Source of the DNA: an uncultured Bacteroidota bacterium
GTDB taxonomy: Bacteria; Bacteroidota; Bacteroidia; Bacteroidales; CAIWKO01
NCBI GenBank assembly: GCA_937934705.1
Contig: CALGYY010000047.1
Span: 1-54,847, forward strand
DNA: 54,847 nt
Direction: 5' to 3'
The position numbers and the translations under genes were made by a program. The notes beneath the pieces were generated by a model, which was given only the letters and a program-made list of their open reading frames with translations, ran no database searches and had not been told where the DNA came from. The first letter of the stretch is position 1; each line of letters starts with the position of its first letter. Positions 9,979 through 19,868 of the stretch are shown here, piece after piece.

Positions 9979-11115
9979 TCAATGCGCGTGTTCTGTTTCG
10001 TGTGTGTGATCATGATGTTCTTCCGTTGCCATGCCGAAATAAAGGGCCGACAGCAGGGTAAAAACATAAGCTTGAATAAAGGCCACCAGTAACTCCAGGA
10101 GTCCCATAAATACGTAGAAGATGATAGACACTATTGAAACGGAGGCGCCCCATGGACTCATGGCGCTGAAGATAAAGATCAGGCTGATAAAGCCCAGTGC
10201 CACAATATGCCCGGCCATAATATTCGCAAAGAGACGAACCATGAGGACGAAGGGCTTGGTGATGACACCGATAAGTTCTACAACGGGCATCAGTGGCAGC
10301 GGGATCTTCAGCCACCAGGGAACCCCGGGTGCATTCACGATATGCTTCCAGTAATTCATATTCCCGCTGAAAGTGGTAATCACAAAAGTGAAAAGGGCCA
10401 GTACCAGGGTTACCGCAATATTGCCTGTGACGTTTGCTCCGCCCGGCATGAAGGGGATCAGTCCCATCAGGTTGGAGAAGAATATAAAGAAGAAAACCGT
10501 GAGGAGGAACACCATATATTTCTCGTACTTCTTCTCTCCGATGGCCGGTTTCGCGATATCATCGCGGACAAAAAGGATGAGGGGCTCCAGCCAGGATTGC
10601 AGTCCTTTGGGCGCGCCCGGATTCTTCCTGTAACGGCGCGCGATAGTGATGAACACGACGCAGAGCAGAATGACACAGATGAAGATGGAAACGACATTTT
10701 TGGTGATAGAAAAATCAAGGGGCAGCCCGGCTTCTTCATCCACCGTAACCCCATCGGTTTTGACTTTTACGATCTTTCCCTTGTATTCACCTTCAGTCAT
10801 CAGGCGGTAGCCCTTGTAAGGTTCGTGGCCATGATGAAATTTTGAAGACATGAAAGCAACAATCCGTCCTTCATCAAAAAGTATAACGGGCAGGGGTACA
10901 GATATATGGGTTTTTCCCATAGAGGCAATATGCCACTCGTGGGCATCCACGATGTGGTCGATGATCATCTCTCCCGCATTGAATTCTTTCTCTTCCCCGG
11001 TACCCGATCCATGAGCTTCATCCCCTGAAGCCAGAGCTAACTGCCACGTCAACATCAGGGCCATGGCCCAGAGTACTTTTCTGTATATTCCTGATAAGCA
11101 AAGATTCTGCTTCAT
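9979..11115 (-). CDS. atpB: F0F1 ATP synthase subunit a (long Bacteroidota-type N-terminal extension)
   Basis: 378 aa. The C-terminal half has the a-subunit signature LMVRLFANIMAGHIV. It is the first gene of the atpBEFHAG run. Confidence 0.9.
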   Translation of the reverse strand: MKQNLCLSGIYRKVLWAMALMLTWQLALASGDEAHGSGTGEEKEFNAGEMIIDHIVDAHEWHIASMGKTHISVPLPVILFDEGRIVAFMSSKFHHGHEPYKGYRLMTEGEYKGKIVKVKTDGVTVDEEAGLPLDFSITKNVVSIFICVILLCVVFITIARRYRKNPGAPKGLQSWLEPLILFVRDDIAKPAIGEKKYEKYMVFLLTVFFFIFFSNLMGLIPFMPGGANVTGNIAVTLVLALFTFVITTFSGNMNYWKHIVNAPGVPWWLKIPLPLMPVVELIGVITKPFVLMVRLFANIMAGHIVALGFISLIFIFSAMSPWGASVSIVSIIFYVFMGLLELLVAFIQAYVFTLLSALYFGMATEEHHDHTHETEHAH

Positions 11116-11304
11116 CTGCCAGTTACTTTGAGTGAATTTTGGAGCGAAGCGAATTTATACATTAATTCAAATGAAAAAAGCTTTTTTATGCTTTTTTTTT
11201 ACCCCTCCGATCAGGTGTACTTACCAATCTCAAAATGAATGTATCCATCCATACCCTCCCGTAAATTTCTGCGTTAATCAATTGATCTGAGAAAGGAGCC
11301 TTTT

Positions 11305-11904
11305 ATGAAAACTGCCTGCTTCGTCCTGATGCTGCTGCTTACACAGGGGGTCTATGCCCAAAAAGACACCAGCAATGTTTTGAATGTGAGCGACCTGGGT
11401 GATCGGATGCAAATCAGTCTTGGTGATTCTGTGATTGAATTCACTTATGAAGAAATGTATTATTACTATCTTGAGAAAGGTGTTGAACTTGCCAATGAGG
11501 CTGATTTTCAGACGGCTATATCCTACTTTGAACTATCCCTTCTCTACCTCACTACCGATGCACAGGCCTGGTACAATCTGGGTCTGTGTTACTACAACCT
11601 GGAGGCATATGAGGAGGCGGTCCTGAATTTCGATCAGGCAGTTTCACTGGATCCTGCTTTTTCCGAGGCTTATAATCAAAGAGCGATCTGCAAGGCACTG
11701 CAGGGAAATTATGAAGCGTCTCTGCCCGATTTCCAGAAGGCCATTGACCTGAATCCCGGGGTGGGGATGAATTACCACAACAAAGCGGTGGCTCACCTTC
11801 AGTTGGGTGAAACAAATCTTGCCTGTGACCTTCTGCATCAGGCTTTGTCGTTAGGATACGAAAACTCTGCGCATTTGATTGAGGAGTATTGCTCCGCGGA
11901 CTGA
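11305..11904 (+). CDS. Secreted tetratricopeptide-repeat protein
   Basis: 199 aa. Signal peptide (MKTACFVLMLLLTQGVYAQ) followed by repeated A-x-x-Y-N-x-G/A TPR-like units (AWYNLGLCYYNLEAYEEA, AYNQRAICKALQGNYEAS). Confidence 0.75.
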   Translation: MKTACFVLMLLLTQGVYAQKDTSNVLNVSDLGDRMQISLGDSVIEFTYEEMYYYYLEKGVELANEADFQTAISYFELSLLYLTTDAQAWYNLGLCYYNLEAYEEAVLNFDQAVSLDPAFSEAYNQRAICKALQGNYEASLPDFQKAIDLNPGVGMNYHNKAVAHLQLGETNLACDLLHQALSLGYENSAHLIEEYCSAD

Positions 11905-11973
11905 TCGGGGGATGAGGTCAGCAATGATCAGAGTAACGCGATTTAATTCAAGACATTAAAGGCTATGCCTGCG

Positions 11974-12366
11974 CTAATTCCGCCCCATGCTTTTGGTATC
12001 CCTTAAAAAGGCCGTGACTTCATATACGGTGAAGATCAGGTAGAGGATAAAGAAGGCCGCTACAAAGGGGAAGGCATCAGCTTTATTAAGCAGGACATAA
12101 ATCATGATGGCCACCACATACAGCAGGATCTTCCCGAAGGTCATCATCATAAAGCTGTTGACAAATCGGGGGAAGCGGTTTGCGGCAGATTGCAGCATGA
12201 TGTAATAGACTCCGGCGGTGACCACAAAAAAGAAGGGGATCATGACCGGCAGGGCCGGACTCAGGTAGGAACCGGGAATCAAAAAGAAGAGCAGTGCCCA
12301 GACCACATAGAGCACCCCTGAAATAACAGCACTTTGAACCAGAAACTTCCTGAAATGATTGGGCAT
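11974..12366 (-). CDS. Small polytopic membrane protein in the AtpI-like position
   Basis: 130 aa with four hydrophobic segments. It lies immediately downstream of the AtpZ-like gene. The function call rests on position only. Confidence 0.55.
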   Translation of the reverse strand: MPNHFRKFLVQSAVISGVLYVVWALLFFLIPGSYLSPALPVMIPFFFVVTAGVYYIMLQSAANRFPRFVNSFMMMTFGKILLYVVAIMIYVLLNKADAFPFVAAFFILYLIFTVYEVTAFLRDTKSMGRN

Positions 12367-12369
12367 GAT

Positions 12370-12585
12370 TTACTTTTTTCGGATGAAATCTCTTACGGAG
12401 AGATAGATTGCCAGGACAACGGAGAGCAAAGAAAGGACGATGGTAAAAACGGGAAGGGTCCATCCTGTTAAACGGTCGAGACCGAGCCCTCCGAAAACGC
12501 CAACAGTAATCACGACGGCCATCTGAAGCGCCATCGAAGTATAGCGTGCGTAATCAGAGAGTGGTTTGTTTGGACTTTTCCTCAT
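12370..12585 (-). CDS. AtpZ/AtpI family small membrane protein
   Basis: 71 aa. The YARYTSMALQMAVVITVGVFGGLGLD motif is typical of the putative F0F1-ATPase accessory subunit family found upstream of Bacteroidota atp operons. Confidence 0.7.
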   Translation of the reverse strand: MRKSPNKPLSDYARYTSMALQMAVVITVGVFGGLGLDRLTGWTLPVFTIVLSLLSVVLAIYLSVRDFIRKK

Positions 12586-12955
12586 TGCTTATTGCTGCCG
12601 GACTCTTGGGAGTGCTATCATGCATGGTGCAGTGACCTGAAAACTTCGCACCGGGTTCCACAGCAAGTTTACCCACCTTCAGCTCGCCGGTAATGTTGGC
12701 TGTAGATTTCATCACCAGAAGCTCGGCCACAGAAATATTGGCTTTGACCGTACCTGAGAAATCGGCGCTCTGACATACGATTTCCCCTTCGACATGCCCG
12801 GTCGTTCCGATGACCACTTTCCCTTTAGCCTGGACAGACCCCATCAGGTTGCCGTCGATGCGCATGTCGCCATTGGCACGGATATCCCCTTTGATCATCG
12901 TACCATTTCCGATCAGGTTGATGACCGGGGTTTCAGTTTCATTCGTTTTAGCCAT
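12554..12955 (-). CDS. Bactofilin (polymer-forming cytoskeletal protein)
   Basis: 133 aa. Beta-helical repeat pattern I-x-G-x-I (MIKGDIRANGDMRIDGNLMGSVQAKGKVVIGTTGHVEGEIV) characteristic of the bactofilin/DUF583 domain. Confidence 0.85.
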   Translation of the reverse strand: MAKTNETETPVINLIGNGTMIKGDIRANGDMRIDGNLMGSVQAKGKVVIGTTGHVEGEIVCQSADFSGTVKANISVAELLVMKSTANITGELKVGKLAVEPGAKFSGHCTMHDSTPKSPAAISNEEKSKQTTL

Positions 12956-13009
12956 TGAATATATTTATAAGAGCTTAATAAATGTTGATTCCCAAAGATA
13001 CAACAAAAA

Positions 13010-15691
13010 CTACTGATTCAGGTAGTTTTTGCTGAAAAAATCCATATACTGATTGATGTCTTTTAAGCGGTAAAAAGTCGTATAGTTGTTTGCCGATACG
13101 ACAAAATGGTTTATTTCAGCCGGGACCAGCTTGGCCATGATCGCCGGATTATTTCTCACGGTATTATAATAATCCATGGCCTTGTTCTTATTATCAAATC
13201 GGTTTACGGTGATCATTTGCTGGTCGGTATTCAGGTACATGCTATTGACTGAAAGTTTATCAAGCTTGAACAGCGATGCATTGTGATCGGAATAAAGACT
13301 CTTCACCTCGCTAAGTTTGACCTTAACCGCATCATACACACAGATGTAAAAATGAAAGCCTTCCGGATCATAGACATAGGGTGAGTTTTCTGCCACATCA
13401 GTCTGCACATTGTTGCCTGAATCCGACATCTGGGTGGTATTATTCACCGTGGTACCTGTCAGCATACTGATCAGTGCCCTGGCTAAGGGCACCACCTCGC
13501 TGGAAGGATATTTCGTCACAATTGTATTCAACGGATCAAGCATGGTACTGTCGCCATACAACTTAGCACCCGATACTGCCTTCAGGTAATAGAACTTCGG
13601 TATAAGGGTGAGATCCGCAAAGTGGGCAATGGCCGAATCGGCTTTACGGATGACCTGCAGGTAATTCCCTGCCTGATAGTCGGTGTAAGTCCCGGAGTAG
13701 AACTTCTCCTCTATCCCGCTGATTGAATCCAGCTTCTGATAATAATCCGGGTCATTCAGTATCCGGGCGTAGTCACTGTCAGGATATTTGCTGATAATAA
13801 GATCTTTGTAGTAATTGGCCTTTGAAATATTCTCCTCATCATCATAAATCCTGTACAGATAATAATAGGTCGTCAGCAGGTATTTGTTATCCGGGAAGCG
13901 ACTCATGAGCTTCTCAAAGGCTTCGATCGATTTATCATAGTCTCCCAGACCATCTTTATAGATCGTTCCTATATTAAAAAGTGCCTCCTTTATTTTATCG
14001 TCTGATTTGGCAAAAGCTTCCGGAGTGGTCGGGATGACTTTCAGGTAAGCATTCCGGTCTTTGGGGTCAAAAACATAAGCATCTGATGAATCAGCGGCAA
14101 CACTGTCGCCCTCCTGGGAACCATCATCCGTGTAGCCGAAATCAACAGCCACCTTATTACTGAGTCTCCAGAGGTCCTCCAATTTGCGATTGCCCCATTT
14201 TTTCTTGAATTCTGACATACCGAAGGAAATGGTCTGAGGATTTTCAAAATACCATTTTCCTCCTCCTGCGTTTTGATCCTGGAAGCCCATCTGCTGGAGG
14301 TTGCTCAGGGCATTGAGCCGGTCAATTTCTTCCTGTTTCTTTCGCTCCTCTTCACGAATAATGGCCAGAATAATATCATCAATTTTCTGTATCCTCTCAT
14401 TATACGGCAAACGGCCCATCATCTGAAGACTGTCCTCCAGTAAAACCACGTCCATGTTCTTCACCAGGTCGGTCAGGGTATTCGTTTTCGATTCTATCAG
14501 GCTCAGGTTGGGATAATCTTTAGGCAGGGACTGAAAGGCAGAATCATAAAATAGCTGAGCCGGGCGATAATCTTCGTCGGCATAATAAATATCTCCCAAT
14601 TTCAGATATGAAATACCTTTCTGATAATTGTTGGACACACTGGAACGGGCCGAGAGTTTGAGATTGGCTATGGCTTCCGTCATATTCTTCTCCTGCAGAT
14701 ATACCTCTGCCAGCGCGTAATATATCTGATCGAGAAAATCCTTGTTCTTCTCGTCGCGCAACATCTTCCTCAGGGTTTTTACAATGTCCCTGCTGTCGCC
14801 CGCAGCCGCATCATAACATTTGGCCATATTAATCTTGCAGGCAAATTCCATTTCATAAACCGGGTTATACCCGAGGACTTTCCTGTAGTATTCGGTTGCT
14901 TTACCCAGGTTACCGGTTTTCTGATACACCTGAGCAAGGATGAAAGTGGTTCTTGTTTTTACCCTTTTGTTTTTATTGAGCCGGATGGCTTGCTCCAGGA
15001 ACTCGATGGACTTCCCGTATTCTTCCTGTTGCAGGTAATAATCGGCCATCACCAGGGGGAACATCTTCTCGACATTCCTGGTCGCCTTATTTTTTTCCAC
15101 CCTTTTTTCCACCGCACTGATCAGTGCTTCTGCCTGTGAAAATTTCCCCTGTTGCGTATAGGTGCGGATCTGATACAAGATAGCCTGGTATACGATAGGG
15201 TTCCCTTTGTAACGCTCACGGATAAATGAAAATGTAGTGGCTGCCAGGTCATATTCCTGCTTGTACAGATAGGCCCTTCCGATCAGGAAATAGGCATCAT
15301 CAATCCATTTGACATGTTCAACCCTTTTGATATAAATTGAATGCTTTTGTATGACTTTGGATCCCTTTTCAATGGCACGGTCGAGCAAACCGTACATGGA
15401 CTGTGCATCTTCCTTGGACCCATACGGAAAAACAGGCAGGACCTTCGCATAATTGTCCTTGCTCTTTTTTGAAAGTTCAAGTACTGCCTCGTTCAGCGCT
15501 TCCTTGCCGTTATAATAGGCGTTGTAATGAGCCGTCAGGTTATGATACACCCTCCGGGTGAAAGTGTTTTTCTTGGTGGAGCATGCCATAGCACCCGTTA
15601 AGAGTGCCACAATAAACAGGCAGCTGATGAGTTTAGTATTCTTCAAAGGATGGTAAAATATCGGGATTCCCCTAATTAACTTAAAAACCAC
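13010..15691 (-). CDS. TPR lipoprotein, PorW/SprE-like (type IX secretion / gliding associated)
   Basis: 893 aa with a GTG start in the track. Lipobox LTGAMAC followed by STKKNTFTRRVYHNLTAHYNAYYNGKEAL, which I recognise as the SprE/PorW N-terminal signature. Multiple TPR units follow. Confidence 0.6.
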   Translation of the reverse strand: MVFKLIRGIPIFYHPLKNTKLISCLFIVALLTGAMACSTKKNTFTRRVYHNLTAHYNAYYNGKEALNEAVLELSKKSKDNYAKVLPVFPYGSKEDAQSMYGLLDRAIEKGSKVIQKHSIYIKRVEHVKWIDDAYFLIGRAYLYKQEYDLAATTFSFIRERYKGNPIVYQAILYQIRTYTQQGKFSQAEALISAVEKRVEKNKATRNVEKMFPLVMADYYLQQEEYGKSIEFLEQAIRLNKNKRVKTRTTFILAQVYQKTGNLGKATEYYRKVLGYNPVYEMEFACKINMAKCYDAAAGDSRDIVKTLRKMLRDEKNKDFLDQIYYALAEVYLQEKNMTEAIANLKLSARSSVSNNYQKGISYLKLGDIYYADEDYRPAQLFYDSAFQSLPKDYPNLSLIESKTNTLTDLVKNMDVVLLEDSLQMMGRLPYNERIQKIDDIILAIIREEERKKQEEIDRLNALSNLQQMGFQDQNAGGGKWYFENPQTISFGMSEFKKKWGNRKLEDLWRLSNKVAVDFGYTDDGSQEGDSVAADSSDAYVFDPKDRNAYLKVIPTTPEAFAKSDDKIKEALFNIGTIYKDGLGDYDKSIEAFEKLMSRFPDNKYLLTTYYYLYRIYDDEENISKANYYKDLIISKYPDSDYARILNDPDYYQKLDSISGIEEKFYSGTYTDYQAGNYLQVIRKADSAIAHFADLTLIPKFYYLKAVSGAKLYGDSTMLDPLNTIVTKYPSSEVVPLARALISMLTGTTVNNTTQMSDSGNNVQTDVAENSPYVYDPEGFHFYICVYDAVKVKLSEVKSLYSDHNASLFKLDKLSVNSMYLNTDQQMITVNRFDNKNKAMDYYNTVRNNPAIMAKLVPAEINHFVVSANNYTTFYRLKDINQYMDFFSKNYLNQ

Positions 15692-15804
15692 AAAATTATT
15701 TTATTTTTTTGAATTGGGAAACACCTTAATCCGACAGCCATCATATAGGCCGTCTCAGGATTTTAACCGATATTTGCAGTCCGATCTGTCGATTGGCTCT
15801 TCAC

Positions 15805-16683
15805 ATGGACAAGAAAAACTCTGGCTGGCAGCGTTTACGTAAGAAGTTGAATGACAAGTACCGCCTTGTCATCATGAACGACACCACCCTGGAACGTAAA
15901 TTCTCATTCAGGCTTTCACGCATGAATGTTTTTGTTGCACTCGGTCTTCTGGTCATGGTCCTGGTGGTGGGCACAACCTTTCTGATAGCTTACACCCCAC
16001 TGAGAGAATACATCCCCGGTTACGGTGATGTGAGCATGCAAAAAGACCTTTACCGTCTGGTTCAGCGCACCGATTCTCTTCAGCATGAGGTCTTTCTGAG
16101 GGAAATGTACCTCCAGAACATCAAAGATGTGATTTCCGGTAAAGATTTCTCACAGAGTGATCTGCAAAAACCCTCTGATTCGAATGCAAGCCGGTACGAC
16201 AGTCTGAATATCACGAAATCAAAAGAAGATTCCCTGCTGCGGATGGAGTTCGAAGAACTTGATGCTTACAGCCTGGTTTCGCCCGGTATGCGGAATAGTC
16301 CGTCATCGATTAATAATTTATTCTTTTTCAAGCCCATACAGGGAATCGTGTCGAATGGTTTCAATCCCGCAAAACGGCATTTCGGTGTGGATATCGCCGC
16401 ACAGGAAAATGAAGCGGTGAAGTCGGTTCTCGACGGAACCGTCATCTTTGCCGGATGGACACTCCAGACCGGATACACCATCGCTGTTCAGCACCAGAGC
16501 GATATTATTTCTATTTACCGGCACAATTCAGCCTTGCTGAAAAGGGAAGGCGAAACCATTAAAGCCGGGGATCCGGTTGCAATAGTAGGCAACAGCGGGG
16601 AGCTGAGTACAGGCCCCCACCTTCATTTCGAGCTTTGGTACAAGGGGAAACCCGTGAATCCACGCGATTATATTATTTTCTAA
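15805..16683 (+). CDS. M23 family metallopeptidase with N-terminal membrane anchor
   Basis: The track ORF starts at TTG 15793; the first ATG is at 15805. One TM helix. C-terminal LytM-type motifs HFGVDIAA and GPHLHFELW. Confidence 0.85.
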   Translation: MDKKNSGWQRLRKKLNDKYRLVIMNDTTLERKFSFRLSRMNVFVALGLLVMVLVVGTTFLIAYTPLREYIPGYGDVSMQKDLYRLVQRTDSLQHEVFLREMYLQNIKDVISGKDFSQSDLQKPSDSNASRYDSLNITKSKEDSLLRMEFEELDAYSLVSPGMRNSPSSINNLFFFKPIQGIVSNGFNPAKRHFGVDIAAQENEAVKSVLDGTVIFAGWTLQTGYTIAVQHQSDIISIYRHNSALLKREGETIKAGDPVAIVGNSGELSTGPHLHFELWYKGKPVNPRDYIIF

Positions 16684-16693
16684 GCCCAGGGAA

Positions 16694-17863
16694 GTGCCAA
16701 GGAAGATTGCTATACTGGGTTCAACAGGTTCGATCGGCTGCCAGGCCCTTGATGTCATTTCACGTCACCCTGAACAATTCTCCGTGGAGGTGCTGAGCGC
16801 CCATAGTAACGCTGAATTGCTGATCCGTCAGGCCGGGGAATGGAAACCCAACGCTGTGGTCATTACAGATAACAGCCGCTATGAAAGGGTTCGTTCGGCG
16901 CTGGATCCCCTTGATATAAAAGTGTACCGCGGGGAAGAATCACTCGTCAGCATTGTAGAATCAGGGGAGATTGATATGGTTCTGGCTGCTATTGTTGGTT
17001 TTGCGGGATTAAAAAGCACCCTGAGGGCTGTTGAAAGCGGCAAAGCGGTTGCCCTGGCCAACAAGGAAACCCTGGTGGTCGGCGGATCCCTGATTACGGC
17101 CGCCGCCAGGGAAAAAGGCGTAAACATATACCCTGTCGACTCTGAACATTCCGCGATTTTTCAATGTATGGCCGGAGAGTTTCACAATCCTGTGGAAAAA
17201 ATCATCCTCACTGCTTCCGGCGGGCCTTTCCGCGGAAAAAACACCAAATACCTCAGACAAGTCACCCCTGAAATGGCCCTGGCCCATCCCAACTGGAATA
17301 TGGGCCCCAAAATCACCATCGACTCTGCCAGTCTGATGAACAAAGGACTGGAGGTCATTGAGGCCCGCTGGCTGTTTAACCTGAAACCGGAACAGATCGA
17401 GGTGGTCATCCACCCCCAATCGCTCATCCACTCCATGGTCCAGTTTGCTGACGGATCCATCAAAGCGCAGATGGGACTTCCGGATATGCGCCTGCCCATC
17501 CAATACGCACTCGCCTACCCTAAAAGGCTTGCGGCCGACTACCCCAGGCTGGATTTCAGGTCCTGCAGGCACCTGGATTTTGAAGAACCCGATATGCAAA
17601 GTTTCCGCAATCTCGGCCTCGCATATCATGCTCTGCAGACGGGCGGTTGCGCCCCCTGCATCCTCAATGCCGCCAATGAAGTGGCCGTTGCAGCCTTCCT
17701 CAGAAAACAATGCTCCTTCACTGCGATGAGCCACATCATTGAAGATTGCATGCAGCACTTCCCTGCCCTGCCCTGTTCGTCACTCGAAGAGCTGGTAGAA
17801 GCTGACCGCCAGACACGGGCTTACGCAGAACTATTGATCAATCAAAATAAGTATACCATATGA
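16694..17863 (+). CDS. dxr: 1-deoxy-D-xylulose-5-phosphate reductoisomerase
   Basis: 389 aa. ILGSTGSIGCQALDV NADPH-binding N-terminus, LANKETLV, PVDSEHSAIFQC and NKGLEVIEA motifs. Confidence 0.95.
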   Translation: MPRKIAILGSTGSIGCQALDVISRHPEQFSVEVLSAHSNAELLIRQAGEWKPNAVVITDNSRYERVRSALDPLDIKVYRGEESLVSIVESGEIDMVLAAIVGFAGLKSTLRAVESGKAVALANKETLVVGGSLITAAAREKGVNIYPVDSEHSAIFQCMAGEFHNPVEKIILTASGGPFRGKNTKYLRQVTPEMALAHPNWNMGPKITIDSASLMNKGLEVIEARWLFNLKPEQIEVVIHPQSLIHSMVQFADGSIKAQMGLPDMRLPIQYALAYPKRLAADYPRLDFRSCRHLDFEEPDMQSFRNLGLAYHALQTGGCAPCILNAANEVAVAAFLRKQCSFTAMSHIIEDCMQHFPALPCSSLEELVEADRQTRAYAELLINQNKYTI

Positions 17864-19350
17864 ATGCACTGATCATGGCTGCCCAGCTGATCCTGGGACT
17901 TTCAATTCTCGTCTTTATACATGAACTCGGGCATTACCTTGCAGCCCGGGCATTTGGAATCAGAGTCGAGAAGTTCTACCTCTTTTTTGACGCCTGGAAA
18001 TTCCGGCTTTTCCGTTTTAAAAAAGGAGATACAGAATACGGGATCGGCTGGCTCCCCTTAGGAGGTTATGTCAAAATTGCCGGGATGATTGACGAGTCGC
18101 TCGATAAGGAAGCGATGAAGAAACCGCCCCAACCCTGGGAATTCAGAAGCAAACCGGCCTGGCAGCGTCTCATTGTCATGGTGGCCGGCGTGGTCATGAA
18201 CGTGATTCTCGGGATGATCCTCTTTGCATTTGTCACCTATCATTATGAAAAGGAATACCTACCGGTGGATGAACTCAGCGATGGCGTTTATGCTTATGCA
18301 AGCGGCCGCGATATCGGTTTTATGACGGGTGACAAGATCCTTGAGATCAACGGAGACCAGGTTGAGCGGTTCAAGGATGTGACGGCAACCAATGTGCTGC
18401 TTGGCGCGACCATTACGGTGGAGCGCGAAGGAAAGAATGTTGATATTGAAATCCCTGACGATTTCTATAAGCAGTTTACCAAAACCAAAATGCGCGATTT
18501 CTTTGTCGACGCGCACCACTTCGCCTGTGTTCCCGACAGCATACTGCCCGGTATGAGTGCTTCCTGGGCGCCTCTGAAAAAGGGTGACCGCCTGCTCTCT
18601 GTTGACAGTATTCCGGTGAAAACATTCGGGGAACTTCAAACCTTTCTGTTGCCATTCCGCGGGCATGAAGCACCGGTCCAGGTAATCCGCGATAATGATA
18701 CCCTTGAGTTATGCGTTCATATCAATGATGCAGGCTTTAAGGATGACGGGCTGCGAAAAGGCGATAAAGTTTACGCAGTGGACACCCTTTCAACCCCCTC
18801 CTATGGCGCTTTCCGCGAGGCCATCTGGAACAGTAAGGGAAAAACGGCAGAAGTATTTTTTGTTCGCGGAATGGATTCCATGACGGTGCGTATCCCTGTG
18901 GATACCACCGGTCTGATCGGCATCCTTTGCAAGCCGCCATACAAAAACCGCCATTACAGCATCGGTTCAGCGATTTCTTACGGGGTGAGCGATGCCATGG
19001 GAAACCTGGTGGCCAATGTCCGCGGGCTGGGCAAGATCTTTTCCGGAAAGGAAAACGTGAGTGATTCGGTCCAGGGACCCATCGGGATCGCCAAAATTTA
19101 TGGCAGTACCTGGGACTGGCACCGCTTCTGGCTGATTACGGGTCTGTTGTCGATGATCCTGGCTTTTATGAATATCCTTCCGATTCCGGCGCTGGATGGC
19201 GGACATGTGATCTTCACCACCATTGAACTGATCACCGGGAAAAAGTTTTCTGACAAATTCATGGAAAAGGCGCAGATCGTCGGCATGGTCATTTTGCTGG
19301 CCATCATGGCTTTTGCCATCGGCAACGACATCTGGAAAAGCATCTTCTGA
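17860..19350 (+). CDS. rseP: RIP site-2 metalloprotease RseP
   Basis: 496 aa. HELGHY zinc motif in TM1, PDZ-like central region, C-terminal NILPIPALDGG motif. There is a 4-nt ATGA overlap with dxr. Confidence 0.9.
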   Translation: MNALIMAAQLILGLSILVFIHELGHYLAARAFGIRVEKFYLFFDAWKFRLFRFKKGDTEYGIGWLPLGGYVKIAGMIDESLDKEAMKKPPQPWEFRSKPAWQRLIVMVAGVVMNVILGMILFAFVTYHYEKEYLPVDELSDGVYAYASGRDIGFMTGDKILEINGDQVERFKDVTATNVLLGATITVEREGKNVDIEIPDDFYKQFTKTKMRDFFVDAHHFACVPDSILPGMSASWAPLKKGDRLLSVDSIPVKTFGELQTFLLPFRGHEAPVQVIRDNDTLELCVHINDAGFKDDGLRKGDKVYAVDTLSTPSYGAFREAIWNSKGKTAEVFFVRGMDSMTVRIPVDTTGLIGILCKPPYKNRHYSIGSAISYGVSDAMGNLVANVRGLGKIFSGKENVSDSVQGPIGIAKIYGSTWDWHRFWLITGLLSMILAFMNILPIPALDGGHVIFTTIELITGKKFSDKFMEKAQIVGMVILLAIMAFAIGNDIWKSIF

Positions 19351-19352
19351 CG

Positions 19353-19823
19353 ATGGCTCCCGGGCCCGGCGTATATACCCTTCAGCAGGCCCTTGAGAAG
19401 GCACGCCGCTGGTGTGCCCTTCAGGAACGCTGTCATGAAGAGACTTCTGACAAGATCAGGTCATGGGGGATGAGTGAGGAAGAGGCCGGACAAGTGGTTG
19501 CACAGCTCATTTCAGAAGGATTTCTTAACGAAGAGCGCTTTGCAAGGGCCTTTGCCCGGGGTAAGTTCCGTATGAAGCAATGGGGCCGGGTGAAGATTGT
19601 GCACGCGCTCAAGCGCAGGAAAATCTCTGAATTCTGCATCAGACGAGGAATGGAGGAGATTGACGATGAAGAATACATGAATTGTCTGCGAAAACTGTTC
19701 GATAAAAAAAACCGCGAAATAAAAGAGCGGAATCCCTGGAAGCGAAAGGCGCTGCTGCTTTCGCACCTTCAGGGAAAAGGTTTTGAGAGAGAACTGGTGA
19801 TGACCCTGATGGACGAGAGGTGA
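19353..19823 (+). CDS. recX: Regulatory protein RecX
   Basis: 156 aa. Repeated three-helix units with LISEGFLNEERFARAFARGKFRMKQWGRVKI, typical of RecX. Confidence 0.8.
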   Translation: MAPGPGVYTLQQALEKARRWCALQERCHEETSDKIRSWGMSEEEAGQVVAQLISEGFLNEERFARAFARGKFRMKQWGRVKIVHALKRRKISEFCIRRGMEEIDDEEYMNCLRKLFDKKNREIKERNPWKRKALLLSHLQGKGFERELVMTLMDER

Positions 19824-19868
19824 TCACACCGGCAAATTCTTTACTTTTGTCCTTCAATTCTTAACATT

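Noticed and set aside
10207-10845. 212-aa plus-strand ORF
   Set aside because: It is antisense to atpB. The other shadow ORFs (167-553, 8043-8465, 19876-20493, 21756-22184, 34006-34497, 45788-46294, 51692-52228, 52758-53114) are rejected for the same reason.
17009-17758. 249-aa minus-strand ORF
   Set aside because: It is antisense to dxr, whose identity is unambiguous.
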